A stretch of 64,000 nucleotides of DNA from assembly GCA_951406725.2 (NCBI GenBank), contig OX597822.1, positions 88,908,001 to 88,972,000 of the forward strand. The letters run 5' to 3'. Each line of letters opens with the position of its first letter. The first letter of the stretch is position 1. The notes below the pieces were generated by a model. It was not told the DNA's origin. It did not search any database and was given only the letters and a program-made list of their open reading frames with translations. This document shows, one piece after another, positions 53,058 to 64,000 of this stretch. The translations under genes were made by a program, and so were the position numbers. This stretch comes from Octopus vulgaris. Its lineage: Eukaryota.

Positions 53058-53967
53058 AGAGGTGGCATCAAAAAATTTCAGACTAGTTATGTAGTGTGCC
53101 AACAGACGGCAGCACATGACTGCGTGCACAGTGAGAGCTAGTAGTGACATTCATAAGGCAGTGTGCTGAGTGGCATTGCTGTGTTTACTTTGCAAGTTGT
53201 GAAATTTGTGTTTTTATGATCATGTGTATGGTGTAGTCTGTGATTTTTGTCATGGATAAGAAGTTGGAACAAAGAGCCATGAAATTTTACGTTAAACTTG
53301 GGAAGTCTGCTACAGAGACATTGAACATGCTATGGCAAGCTTACGACAATGAGGCAATGGTTTGTACAAAATGTTTCAAGTGGCACATGCACTTCAAAAG
53401 CAGAACATCTCTGGAAGATGATGAATGATTAAGAAGACCTGCCTTGAATGCCATCCTTGGAAATGTGGAGAAAATTCATCAGTTTGTGCATGAAGACAGT
53501 TGGAGGGCAATCAATAACATTTTGAATTGTTTGAGGGAGGACATTCGGTGAGAGCAATTGGATCTGTAGAATGCAAAGAATTGGATTCTTTATGATGATG
53601 AAGTACTTGGTCACTGAGCTCTCCTCACTTGTGAGTTTCTTGCCAAAAACCACATGGTATCACTTCCGCACTTGCCCTCTTTGCCAGATTTAGCACCTGT
53701 GAACTTCCATCTCTTCACCAAGATGAAAATATAGCTCGAAGGTCATTCTTTTAACACCATTGTTGAGATCAAGAGCAAATCATATAAGGTCCTTGACCTG
53801 CTTACGGAAAACAACTTTCAGGCTGGATTCTAAAAGTGGCAGGAACACTGGGACTGGTGTATTGCTGCACAGGGTGAATATTTTGAAGATGATGATGATA
53901 AAACTTACGTATATAAGTTATTTTTTATTAAACATTACTAGTCTGGGAACTTTTTGATACCACTTCA
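53058..53967 (+). mobile_element. Internally deleted mariner element (910 bp)
   Basis: TA|AGAGGTGGCATCAAAAAATTTCAGACTAGT ... ACTAGTCTGGGAACTTTTTGATACCACTTCA|TA; encodes EQRAMKFYVKLGKSATETL and a PDLAP..FHLF remnant. Confidence 0.85.
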
Positions 53968-54119
53968 TATATAAAGCTTTGCCAATTATTATCAATCTAT
54001 TTAATTCATTAATTTAATATAACTTGGTATTTGTTGGATTCTTTTACCCTTTTCTTTTACTTTCCCATAATCTTATATTTCTAGATGTCGAATTTGTTCT
54101 GTATTATTCTATAATTATA

Positions 54120-54165
<46 letters not shown>

Positions 54166-57100
54166 AATATTACACCCATTACACTCTTGGAGTGGTTGGC
54201 ATCACGAAGAACATCCAACTGTAGAAACCATGCCAAATTAGACTGGGGCCTTGTGCAGCCCCTCAGCTTATCGGCCCTGGTCAAATTGTCCAACCCAAGC
54301 TGGCATGGACAATGGGCGTTAAAAGCTGATGATGATTATGTATGTTTCCCCTCCTCTATTCATTTTTCAAGATATATGTTAATTGTGCATTAATCACAAT
54401 TGTTCGTTTCTTATTACATTTTTATAATTATTTATCTGAGTAACTTGCTTTATTTTTGGTTTATCTCATCATTAATACTTTCTGTATGTACATGTATGAA
54501 AATAAATGTGTATGTTAGTATGTGTGTATTTGCATGTACTTGTGTATGGGTGTCTACATATAATGTATATATGTGTGTGTTTGTATGTAGTTATACACTT
54601 TTGCTGTACCCAAATATTATTTGAGACTGACCCTAGCCTGTATTGTTTCTGACTGATGTTTTTTTTTTATTACACCTGTGTGATTAAGATATTAATCTTA
54701 GTCTCTAGCCATGCTTTTTTTACTTGTATTTTCCTGTTTTCTCTAGCCTTATCTTCTTTCTTTTTAATTCCCTTATAATAAGATTATTTAAAATTCATTT
54801 ATTTGGTCTAATATTAACTTATCTTTCCTGATACTTATTTGCCTTAATTTTAATTTTTTGATTTTTATTTCCATTTAAATTTAATTTTAATCACTTACAT
54901 CTTAATTCTGATTAGTTCTTTTTTATTTTGCATATTTTTTATACCTGCAAATTTTCACTATTCAATCAATTTTAAAGTTTTATTTGACTCACCTTTATGT
55001 TTATATATTTTTCTGTTAGTCTGTTTTTATCCAATTAATTCCTGTTATTATAAACACTACCCAAAATGCTTTAAGTGTGTAATTGATGAATTGGTAACTC
55101 TGAATACCTATAAATACTTGTTGTTCTTAACCACTCAGCCATATCCTGTACTTTGCATATATGACATTTAATTTTACTTGTATATATTGCTTAGGTCAGA
55201 GTTTTTCTTTTCCTAGCCAAGCCTATTGTAGGTGTTGGCTGTTGATAAGTGACATTCATCTGATGGGTTTACTGTTTGCCCATAGCTGGGACCCTAATAG
55301 GTGCTATCACTCCTGGTCAAGTGAACCTAGGAACAACAGCAATTAAGAGGTGATCCCACACTCCTCAGAATATCCAGTCACCTGATCAGAAGCCTTGTTG
55401 CTGGATGCAGTTTGCCGTCATATCCATGAATATCGGAATGAAATGACAACACAGAGAAGACAGACAATCCAACCCCAACCAATGTGATTTTTGCAATAGG
55501 CTGTTTAGAGCAAGAATTGGGCTTGTTAGCCATCGGAAACCCCATCATCCCCTATAGCATAAATGCTACCCTCCACTTCCCTTACTGAAATGTACTAAAT
55601 ACTTGGAAATGAGTCCTTGCCAATGATGTTATTACTTAAATTAGATCTATTGTCTCTTGCCAGATTAAGGAGTTTGTTTCTAATCATGAGATTTTGGGTT
55701 CGACCCCATTGCACAACACTTTGACAAAGTGTTCTTTGCTGTAGTATTGTATTCAACCAAGCATTGTGAATGGAATTAGGTTGATGAACACTCTCTTGTA
55801 CCTGTAATTCAAAGAGCCAGCTATGTCTATGCTGATTCTATAAGAGTATTATGTGAAGAGTACAAGGTCTATAGAATTCTCAGGAACTTAAGACTATAAT
55901 TCGACGAGTAGCTGGTTCACCAATACTCATTGGCGAATCTTTGAAGATAACCATTTGTTTATTTAGTTGCTTTCTATTTTATTGAGCCCAGCCTTTCAGT
56001 TATATATATCTATACTAAGACACTGCTAAACCACCCAAATCCAAGAAGTTATTTTTGTGTTTGAATGATTTTTTATCTTTTACTTGTTTCAGTCATTAGA
56101 CTATGGTCATGCTGGGGCACTGCCTTGAAGAATTTTTAGTCGAACAAGTACTTATTTTCAAGCTTGGTACTTATTCTATTGGTCTCTTTTGCCAAACCAC
56201 TAAGTTACAGGCATGTACACAAACCATCACTGGTTGTCAAGCAGTGGTGAGGGACAAATACACACACACATCATGAGCTTCTTCCAGTTTCTGACTACCA
56301 AGTCCACTCACAACGCTTTGGTCACCCTGAGCCTATAGTGGAAGAGATTGTTTAACCATACAAGGTCATTAAAAGCATTGCACAATTCTTTCACATTTAT
56401 CTACATGACTATACTGATCACTGATAAGATTAGTTACCTTTATTATCATGGAACTAGAATGTTAAATAATTGCCTGACTCAGAATTTTGTTTTATGATAT
56501 ATATATGCAGACACTTTTGTGTGTGTGTTTATATCTATATATAGATACATAAATGCATACGTACATGAATATAAATGTGTGTGTATATAATTAATAAAAA
56601 AAAAATGTAGAAAAAAGACATCCAGAAAAAAACAACAGCACGAGGACATAGTACATGCAAAGTGTTAATGAGACACTCAGAGAGGGAAAGAAAATCCGCA
56701 TGTAGTTACATTGTTGAAATTGGGTCTTGAAACACTTGATATTTATATTTGCTATATATATATGTATATATATCAAAAACACACACACACACACACACAC
56801 ATGTAGGGAGAATTCACAAAAAAACAAAAGATGAAGACAGGTGGTGTAGACAACAAACATGTTTTAGTTTAATGCTCAGGAAGTGAAAAAGTCTTTAACA
56901 TTTTGAGCCTACGCTCTTCCACAGAAAGGAACAAGGAGAGAAAATAAAGAATGTGTAGTGGCTAGCAATCTATCATGACGGATGCCGGACAGAAGGGTCA
57001 CACGGGAGAGTTAGGGAGAAGGGGAGATAATAAAGTAGTGGTGATCCCAAAACAAAGGTGCACATGCTTGTGTATAAGAGAGTACGTGTGTGCGTGTGGA

Positions 57101-57903
57101 AAAGGGCTGGTGACCTTGATGTGTGCGTGTGTGTATGTGTAGGTTTGAGGATGTGGGGCTGGGAAGTGGTCAGTGCTAGTGTGTGCATGGTGTGATGTGA
57201 TATGATGTTGTGTGGTATGGTGGTGTAGTGGTGTGATGGTATTGGGAAGTGGGGGAGGCGAGAATGGGGAAAGCAAGGGTGGGGGTAGAGGTGAGGTATA
57301 TATACATGTGTGTCTGTATGTATATGCACACAGGCACAGACACATGTAGAATTAAGAATGCCCAATATGAGCTATGTTTAAATGAACAGATTTTCAAAAA
57401 TGTAATGAAAGTTTAAAATAAATAAAATCTTCCTTTGATGAAAAATATGAATAGGGAAATGAAAACAATGATTTGAAGTATGATAGCTTGATGTGTATTG
57501 AGAAGTAGATACTATTGTACTTATAGGATACTATACCGGATACTTCGAGAAATTAAGTTAAAAACAAAACAAATGTAAACAAAATAACTGTTAATGTTAT
57601 CATAAGATAGCTAAGAAATTTTATTCATAACTTATAAATAGTAAACAGAAAAAAGTTTCTGAAGAAATCTAAAGTTAGTTAAAATAACCCCTGTATTTAA
57701 CAACTTTAGAAGGATAATAGGCTGGGTTTAAACTCAGTACACATGGGACAAGAATAACGATGATATTCATGGAACAAGGAAATATTTAGGAGTAAATATT
57801 AAACAGTGAACAGTATAGTTGTGTAGAGTCATATGTAGCTTTGTGTAGTTTTGTTGCAGAGCAATAGTCTAAATGGTTTAGGACAAATGGCCTCCTGAAG
57901 GTT

Positions 57904-58339
57904 ATGCATACATATATATATATATACATGTATATGTATATATACATATTTATCTATATATATATACATGTATATGTATATATACATATTTATCTATATA
58001 TAGATATACATGTATATGTATATATACATATTTATGTATATATACATATTTATCTATATATAGATATACATGTATATGTATATATACATATTTATGTATA
58101 TATAGATATACATGTATATGTATATATACATATTTATGTATATATAGATATACATGTATATGTATATATACATATTTATGTATATATAGATATACATGTA
58201 TATGTATATATACATATTTATGTATACATATATATACATATATACATATGTATATATATATATATATGTATACATATATATGTATATATGCATATATATG
58301 TATATATAAATATACACATGTGTATATATATATATGTAC

Positions 58340-58385
<46 letters not shown>
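57904..58385. repeat. AT-rich minisatellite (~36-bp unit) grading into (TA)n
   Basis: Repeated TATATACATATTTATGTATATATAGATATACATGTA-like units. Confidence 0.9.
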
Positions 58386-60040
58386 TGGTTTGTGGTCTGT
58401 TGTGAATGTATGGAAAGAAATCCCATAAAACTCATCAATTAGAAACACTGTCAACAGAGAGCTTGAAGTCTACAAATATAGGCTACACAATTTTTTAAAA
58501 ACCAAGGACTATCCATTAGTATTGAAAAGGAAAACAACTCCGTGAACTTTCTAGACATTGACTTCAATCTTAGTTCTTCCTCCCATCAACCTTACCATAA
58601 ACCTAACTAGAATATCACATATATAAATACTCAAGTGAGCCATCCTTATAACATTAGAGAAAACCTGAACACTAGTGTAGAGAAAAGAATTAACTTATTA
58701 TCATCTATTGAAGAAATATTTAGCAAACAAAAGGACTACTCTAAACTAGCACTTAACAAGGCAGGATATAAATATGAAATTAAGTACAAGAAAAACAACA
58801 GCATCAATACTAATAATACCATGCTTTATCTTGAAATGAATAATGTAGATAAGTCACCTGATGAATTAGTACACCCCGATAAACGTATAAAAAAACTCTC
58901 AATGATAGTCATTGACATAACTTAGCAAAAAACACGGAAATCACAACTACAGTAGACATACTAATAATGTTAGTAAATACGAACACCATAAACATGACTT
59001 TACTAACAGAAAAAATAATATAAATTTTAGCAATTCCCATCTTACTAACTACACTAATGCTAATATTAATAAACCCAAGACTACTGACAACAAACACAAA
59101 AACTGCTTAATAAGAATATTAAACCAATAAGCAGAAAAAAATGAAAATAATCTAAACTCACCTAATTCCTTCATTTAAACATATAACCATAGAACTCAAG
59201 TTAATATAGATGGGAATAGAATAGCAAAAAGAGAACCAATACCTTGTGTAAGAATAGCCGACCCTGCAAACACAACCTATCATTCCAATAAAGAAAATAG
59301 TAATAACACTACTTGGATCATAATACCTTTTGTCAAACATCTAAAATCTAACTTTATTAGATCCATTAGAATGATAATTAATAAAAACTTTAAAAATTCT
59401 AAATATGCAAAAATATTTAATAATAAAAAAATTAGATTTGGATTTTCAGTCTTCCCTAATCTCTTTAGGATAATCTCTTCTTTTAACAATAAGAAACTGG
59501 ATCTATTCTATAATAAAAAAAAAAAACTTTGTTAAATGTACCTAGTACCCCCAATAATCCTATAATTAACAACTACTATTATGATAATAACCAGAACTCC
59601 ATTATCCCTAATAAACATAAACATAACACCATAGTATCAACCAATAATTTGTAGAAATTGCAAAATGAAAGAAGTATACCAAACAACTATTATTACTCAG
59701 GACTCCTCTAAATATATATACGTTGGTTGCACGAAAAAGTGTCTTAAATTGAGAATTAATAACCATAAATCTTCTTTTAGGGATCCTAGAAAAGAGAATA
59801 GCACAAGTCTATCTAAAAGAATTTGGCACCTCAAAAGAAACAATATTGATTTCTCAATTTCTTGGAAAATCCTATCTTATGCCCCCCTCTTATAGATATA
59901 AAAATAAAATTTGTAGGTTATGTTTAGAAGAAAGCTATAGCGTAATGAGAATGAATGGAAATCTGGTTAACACTAGGGATGAAAGTGTTTGCTCATTTAA
60001 ACACATGATCAATTTCCTTTTTATCAATCTTAAATAATTC
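58385..60040 (+). mobile_element. Penelope-like element remnant (RT C-terminus + GIY-YIG)
   Basis: VNFLDIDFNL...PYHKPN...SHPYNI; VYQTTI...YIYVGCT...KLRINNHKSSF...STSLSKRIW.LK...ISWKIL...CRLCLEE. Confidence 0.85.
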
Positions 60041-61765
60041 TTCACTCCCCACTTGCTTATATTTGTTTTGGGTATTTTTTAAAAGATATTTCTATATATT
60101 ATCTTTTTCTATGGAATATGATTACTCATCACATCCTCTTTACATCATTATATCTTACACTATCATGATATATTTTTTTTTATTTGTCTAACTTTTTCTT
60201 CTAACAATTGCATGACTCACTATATATTAGGCTAATACTTTATCTACCTCTCCCTACACCTCCTTTTCTCTCAATATGTCTGTTTTTTAAAAAAATAATA
60301 TCGTTCCTTAGTATATATATAATATACCTATATATTTTCTTGTATTTTATTTTATTTGTATTATGTGTCCTTTTAAACCCCCTCAACATAACCATTCTAA
60401 CCAATACTGTTTCATGTTACTTGTCAATCTATCTGATAATTAAATATATTATACTGCTGATATATGCAAACATATATAGTACTTCTTGATGTCCTACATG
60501 CATACAACTGTGTGTGCATATCTATTATTATTGTGTGATTATTCACTATATATTGCCAATAACTTGTATTTTTTAATATGAACGTGTACGTATATATGTA
60601 TGTTTTTGCATACACACATATATACTACTATTTCTTTATATATGTCTGTACTTCTATCTATATGTGTGTGTCTTTTTTCTCTCTTTGCACCTGTATGATT
60701 ATGAATACATTTATACGGTGTTCCTTTATGTAATCCCTAATCAAAAAACAACTGGAATTCCTATATCTATGTATACTAATGTGCAGATATTCCTCTACTC
60801 ACCTATAAGTAAATATACTAACAATTTTTCCTTATAAGTTTTTGTATAAGTTTTGTAGGAGATTGTGTATAAATTTTTTTGTATATTTATGTGCAGCCGT
60901 AATATTCTTATATTCATAATACACAACACTCTTCTATTACTTCAATATTAATACACACCTAATGCCACTATATATCCCTCTTACATTATACCAAGCTAGT
61001 TCCTTACCTCATATTTTTATTTATACTTAAACATAGTTACAAGATCTTAATTCAAATATAACCATGCCTTTCCATTGGACATTTCTGTACAATCTTTTCC
61101 CTACACGACTTATTTGGAGAATGAATTTCTAATCTCCTTACTCATCTATAGAGGGAACATCTCTAAAACCTCTCTCACTTATATTTTCAAATAACAGTTA
61201 TAGCCTTTAGCTTTAGTTAATACCTAACTGGCCTCACACATATCTTTCTTTCTAATAAGGATAAATATGAATCTCCTAGATCCTACTCTGCTTTTTCCTT
61301 TGCACTGAAGAGTACAGTAATATATAATTAATTTAATCTAATCTAATTAATTAATTCTATTCAACCATGAATTTGCATATCTAATATTTAAAAATACTCA
61401 AATATTTAAAAATATTTTTTAAAATATTAAAAAAACATGTTGGCATTATAAATATAAATACATAAAAGATATGCAAACAGATGTAAAACATGTATAAAAT
61501 GTCGATATGATATACGATAAAACTCGTAGGTATTTAAAAATATTCAAGAATGCTCATTGTTATAAATACACAGGCAAAATATAAAACATCAACATAATAT
61601 AAGACTTATTGAGTTAATAATTTACACGATAATTATTAATTCACACGATAAGATACAAGGTAATAAAGATTCACAAGTTACTACACTGAGTCTGGTGGAA
61701 AATTTGAAATTATATATTACATTAACATGACATACTAATACACAAAGATAATATTCCCTCGATGG

Positions 61766-61843
61766 GCTGTTTCGGAGACGTGTCCGATAATATGATATAA
61801 ATTTCATATTTTAATGAGACAGACACTCCCCTCATCAGGATGC
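61766..61843 (-). ncRNA. Hammerhead-ribozyme-like core (stem III / cleavage arm not found)
   Basis: Minus strand GCATC-CTGATGA-GGGGAGTGTCTG...CGGACACGTCTCC-GAAA-CAGC, with a ~12-bp stem II between the two conserved boxes. Confidence 0.45.
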
Positions 61844-61910
61844 TTCACAACAAGACACAATGATAGCAACATATAAAGGGACAACTTACTTCGTTACATT
61901 CTAGCCAATA

Positions 61911-61960
<50 letters not shown>

Positions 61961-61961
<1 letters not shown>

Positions 61962-63375
61962 CTCTCTCTATATAAATGGCAGTTTGTCTGTCTGTGTGTC
62001 TGTCAGGTTGTACCCTCACCCTGACCACGGCTTTCAACCGATTCTGATGAAACTTGACACACACATAGCCCAATGTCATAATTCAAAACTAACGCAGCGA
62101 AAATTTTGAAAAGTTCCCCCAGTTCTGAAAAAAATCGATAAATTCCACATGGGGTCGAGAATCTAAGCTTTTTATATGCAATACATTTTCTGTTGTAGTT
62201 TTCGCAATTTGCAATCGATTTTCACCAAACTCATGGTGAAGCTTAATGTTACCCTAAGAAACTTAATTCTGACGTTAGTTTTCCATGCAATACCTTACCA
62301 TCAGAAAAAATCATGCCATTTTGGGAAATCGCGTTGAAATTCAAGATGACATATTTTCAACAATATCTTTCACAAATTGGCAGGAATTTTTTTTTAAGTT
62401 CACAGCGAGCATCATGTCTGCTCCTTTTTATTTCAATAGGATACTTTATTACTGGAAAAAATCGGTTAATTAAATCATATGTGGCACACATAGCAAACCG
62501 ATTTGTGTATTAAACACAAACCACAGACTGTCTAGGGGACGCAACTCGACCTTTTTAACTCACTTTGCACCAGTGTTGACATCCCTGCTAGCCTCCGGGA
62601 CGCTGTCTTCCACGACCTACAAAACAATTTACGCGACCTAAAATGGCTGACAGGCAGAGCTATTCTCGCACCCAAAAATACAACCATCAACTCCATCAGT
62701 ATCCAGCTACTTGAAGCTATTCCTGGTGATGTCCACGTCTACAAATCTATAGATAGGACAGCAGACCCCGCCGAGCTTGCCGATTATCCTGTTGAATTCC
62801 TGAATTCACTTGAACCGCCAGGCCTGCCGCCACACATCCTGAAGTTAAAAGTCGGTGCGCCCATTATGCTCATCAGGAATTTGGTTCCACCTAAACAGTG
62901 CAACGGCACACGTCTGGTTGTGAAACATTTGGTACCACATTTAATAACGGCCACAATACTTACCGGTTGTGGGAAGGGAGAGGACGTCTTCATTCCACGC
63001 ATGCACCTTCAACCGTCGGGCGCTGACCTACCAATCCACTTCAGGCGTTCTCAGTTTCCTGTCAGACTCTGCTTCGCAATGTCCATCAATAAATCCCAAG
63101 GCCAAACGTTACATTTGGGCGAACAGTGCTTCATCCATTTGCCCACGGTCAACTCTACGGGGGCTGTTCACGTGTTGGGAGGCGCAATGATATTTTCATG
63201 TTTTCGCCCAAAGGGACAGCTAGGAACATCGTATACACAGAAGTATTCGAGTGAAGAGAAGACATTGCAACCTACACATGCGCCTTCATTCCCTAGAGGG
63301 AAAGGACTAGATTGGGATTAGTTGTTGCCTACTAGGGGCTCTTACATACCTGGGCAACGCCGGGCTATGCTGCTA

Positions 63376-63376
<1 letters not shown>
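61961..63376 (+). mobile_element. Internally deleted Helitron (1416 bp) carrying the PIF1-helicase C-terminal half
   Basis: A|TC start, 3' CCTGGGCAACGCCGGG...CTAG|T; 62575-63250 encodes RAILAPKN...[33 protein letters not shown]...CNGTRL...QFPVRLCFAMSINKSQGQTL...HGQLY. Confidence 0.93.
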
Positions 63377-63420
<44 letters not shown>

Positions 63421-63523
63421 GATCTGGATGTCCACGTCTACAAATCTATAGATAGGACAGCAGACCCCGCCGAGCTTGCCGATTATCCTGTTGAATTCCT
63501 GAATTCACTTGAACCGCCAGGCC

Positions 63524-64000
63524 TGCGACAACCACCGAGGTATCTCCCTCTTGTCCATAGCAGGCAAGATCCTGGCCCGGGTCCTGCTTGACCGCCTTCT
63601 GGAACAGTTGGAGCAAGGCCTTCTCCCTGAGAGCCAGTGTGGCTTCCGCGCGGGTCGAGGGACCACTGACATGATATTCGCCGCCCGCCAGCTCCAGGAG
63701 AAATGCATGGAGCAGCACCTTGACCTCTGCATGACCTTTGTTGACCTCACCAAGGCCTTTGATACAGTCAGTCGGGAGGGACTATGGAAGGTCATGGGAA
63801 AATTTGGTTGCCCCAGCAAATTTATTGCAATTGTCCGCCAGTTCCACGACGGAATGACAGCCAGAGTCCTTGAAGACGGCAACTCATCTGAAGCCTTCCA
63901 GGTGACCAACGGAGTCAGGCAGGGCTGTGTCCTGGCCCCAACACTGTTCAGCATCATGTTCTCGGCAATGCTGTCCGACGCCTTTAGGGACTGCAAATCT
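63524..64000 (+). mobile_element. Young, 5'-truncated, GC-rich RTE-clade LINE (RT frame open to the window end)
   Basis: Open frame [20 protein letters not shown]...PESQCGFRAGRGTTDMIFAARQLQEKC...FVDLTKAFDTVSREGLW...GVRQGCVLAPTLF with no stops; CpG-rich. Confidence 0.93.

Noticed and set aside
63322-63591. Helitron-RTE fusion protein
   Set aside because: The helicase and RT frames are offset at the junction, and the ORF begins in the Helitron end and (TA)n.
63505-63996. 163-aa minus-strand ORF
   Set aside because: Antisense shadow of the GC-rich RTE RT frame.

Overview
AT-rich, repeat-dense eukaryotic (animal) genomic DNA. The SINE families, RTE/Penelope/mariner/Helitron content and long (TA)n tracts suggest an octopus or other coleoid cephalopod (inference). 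Two host genes are supported. One is the last two coding exons of an Abl-interactor (Abi) gene (+, 3433-3669 and 5065-5228; proline-rich region plus C-terminal SH3). The other is a complete, intronless 826-aa Hsp110/HSPA4-family gene (-, 31302-33782) with HSE-like motifs upstream. A probable promoter and non-coding first exon of a third gene lies at about 41.7-42.2 kb (+). The rest is mobile DNA: a decayed ~8.7-kb Helitron carrying nested insertions (including a full-length DD34D mariner), two short Helitrons with canonical ends, piggyBac-, hAT- and mariner-type MITEs, RTE, CR1/L2 and Penelope fragments, tRNA-derived SINEs and a young GC-rich RTE at the right edge. The most unusual observations are minimal hammerhead-ribozyme-like motifs in short repeats, the intronless Hsp110, an exact 100-bp Helitron duplication joined to the young RTE, a ~275-bp hairpin, a PBS-like motif array, a (TTAGGG)n-containing mini-element and a ~600-bp direct duplication flanking the putative promoter. 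Boundaries of degenerate repeats are approximate; no database searches were run.
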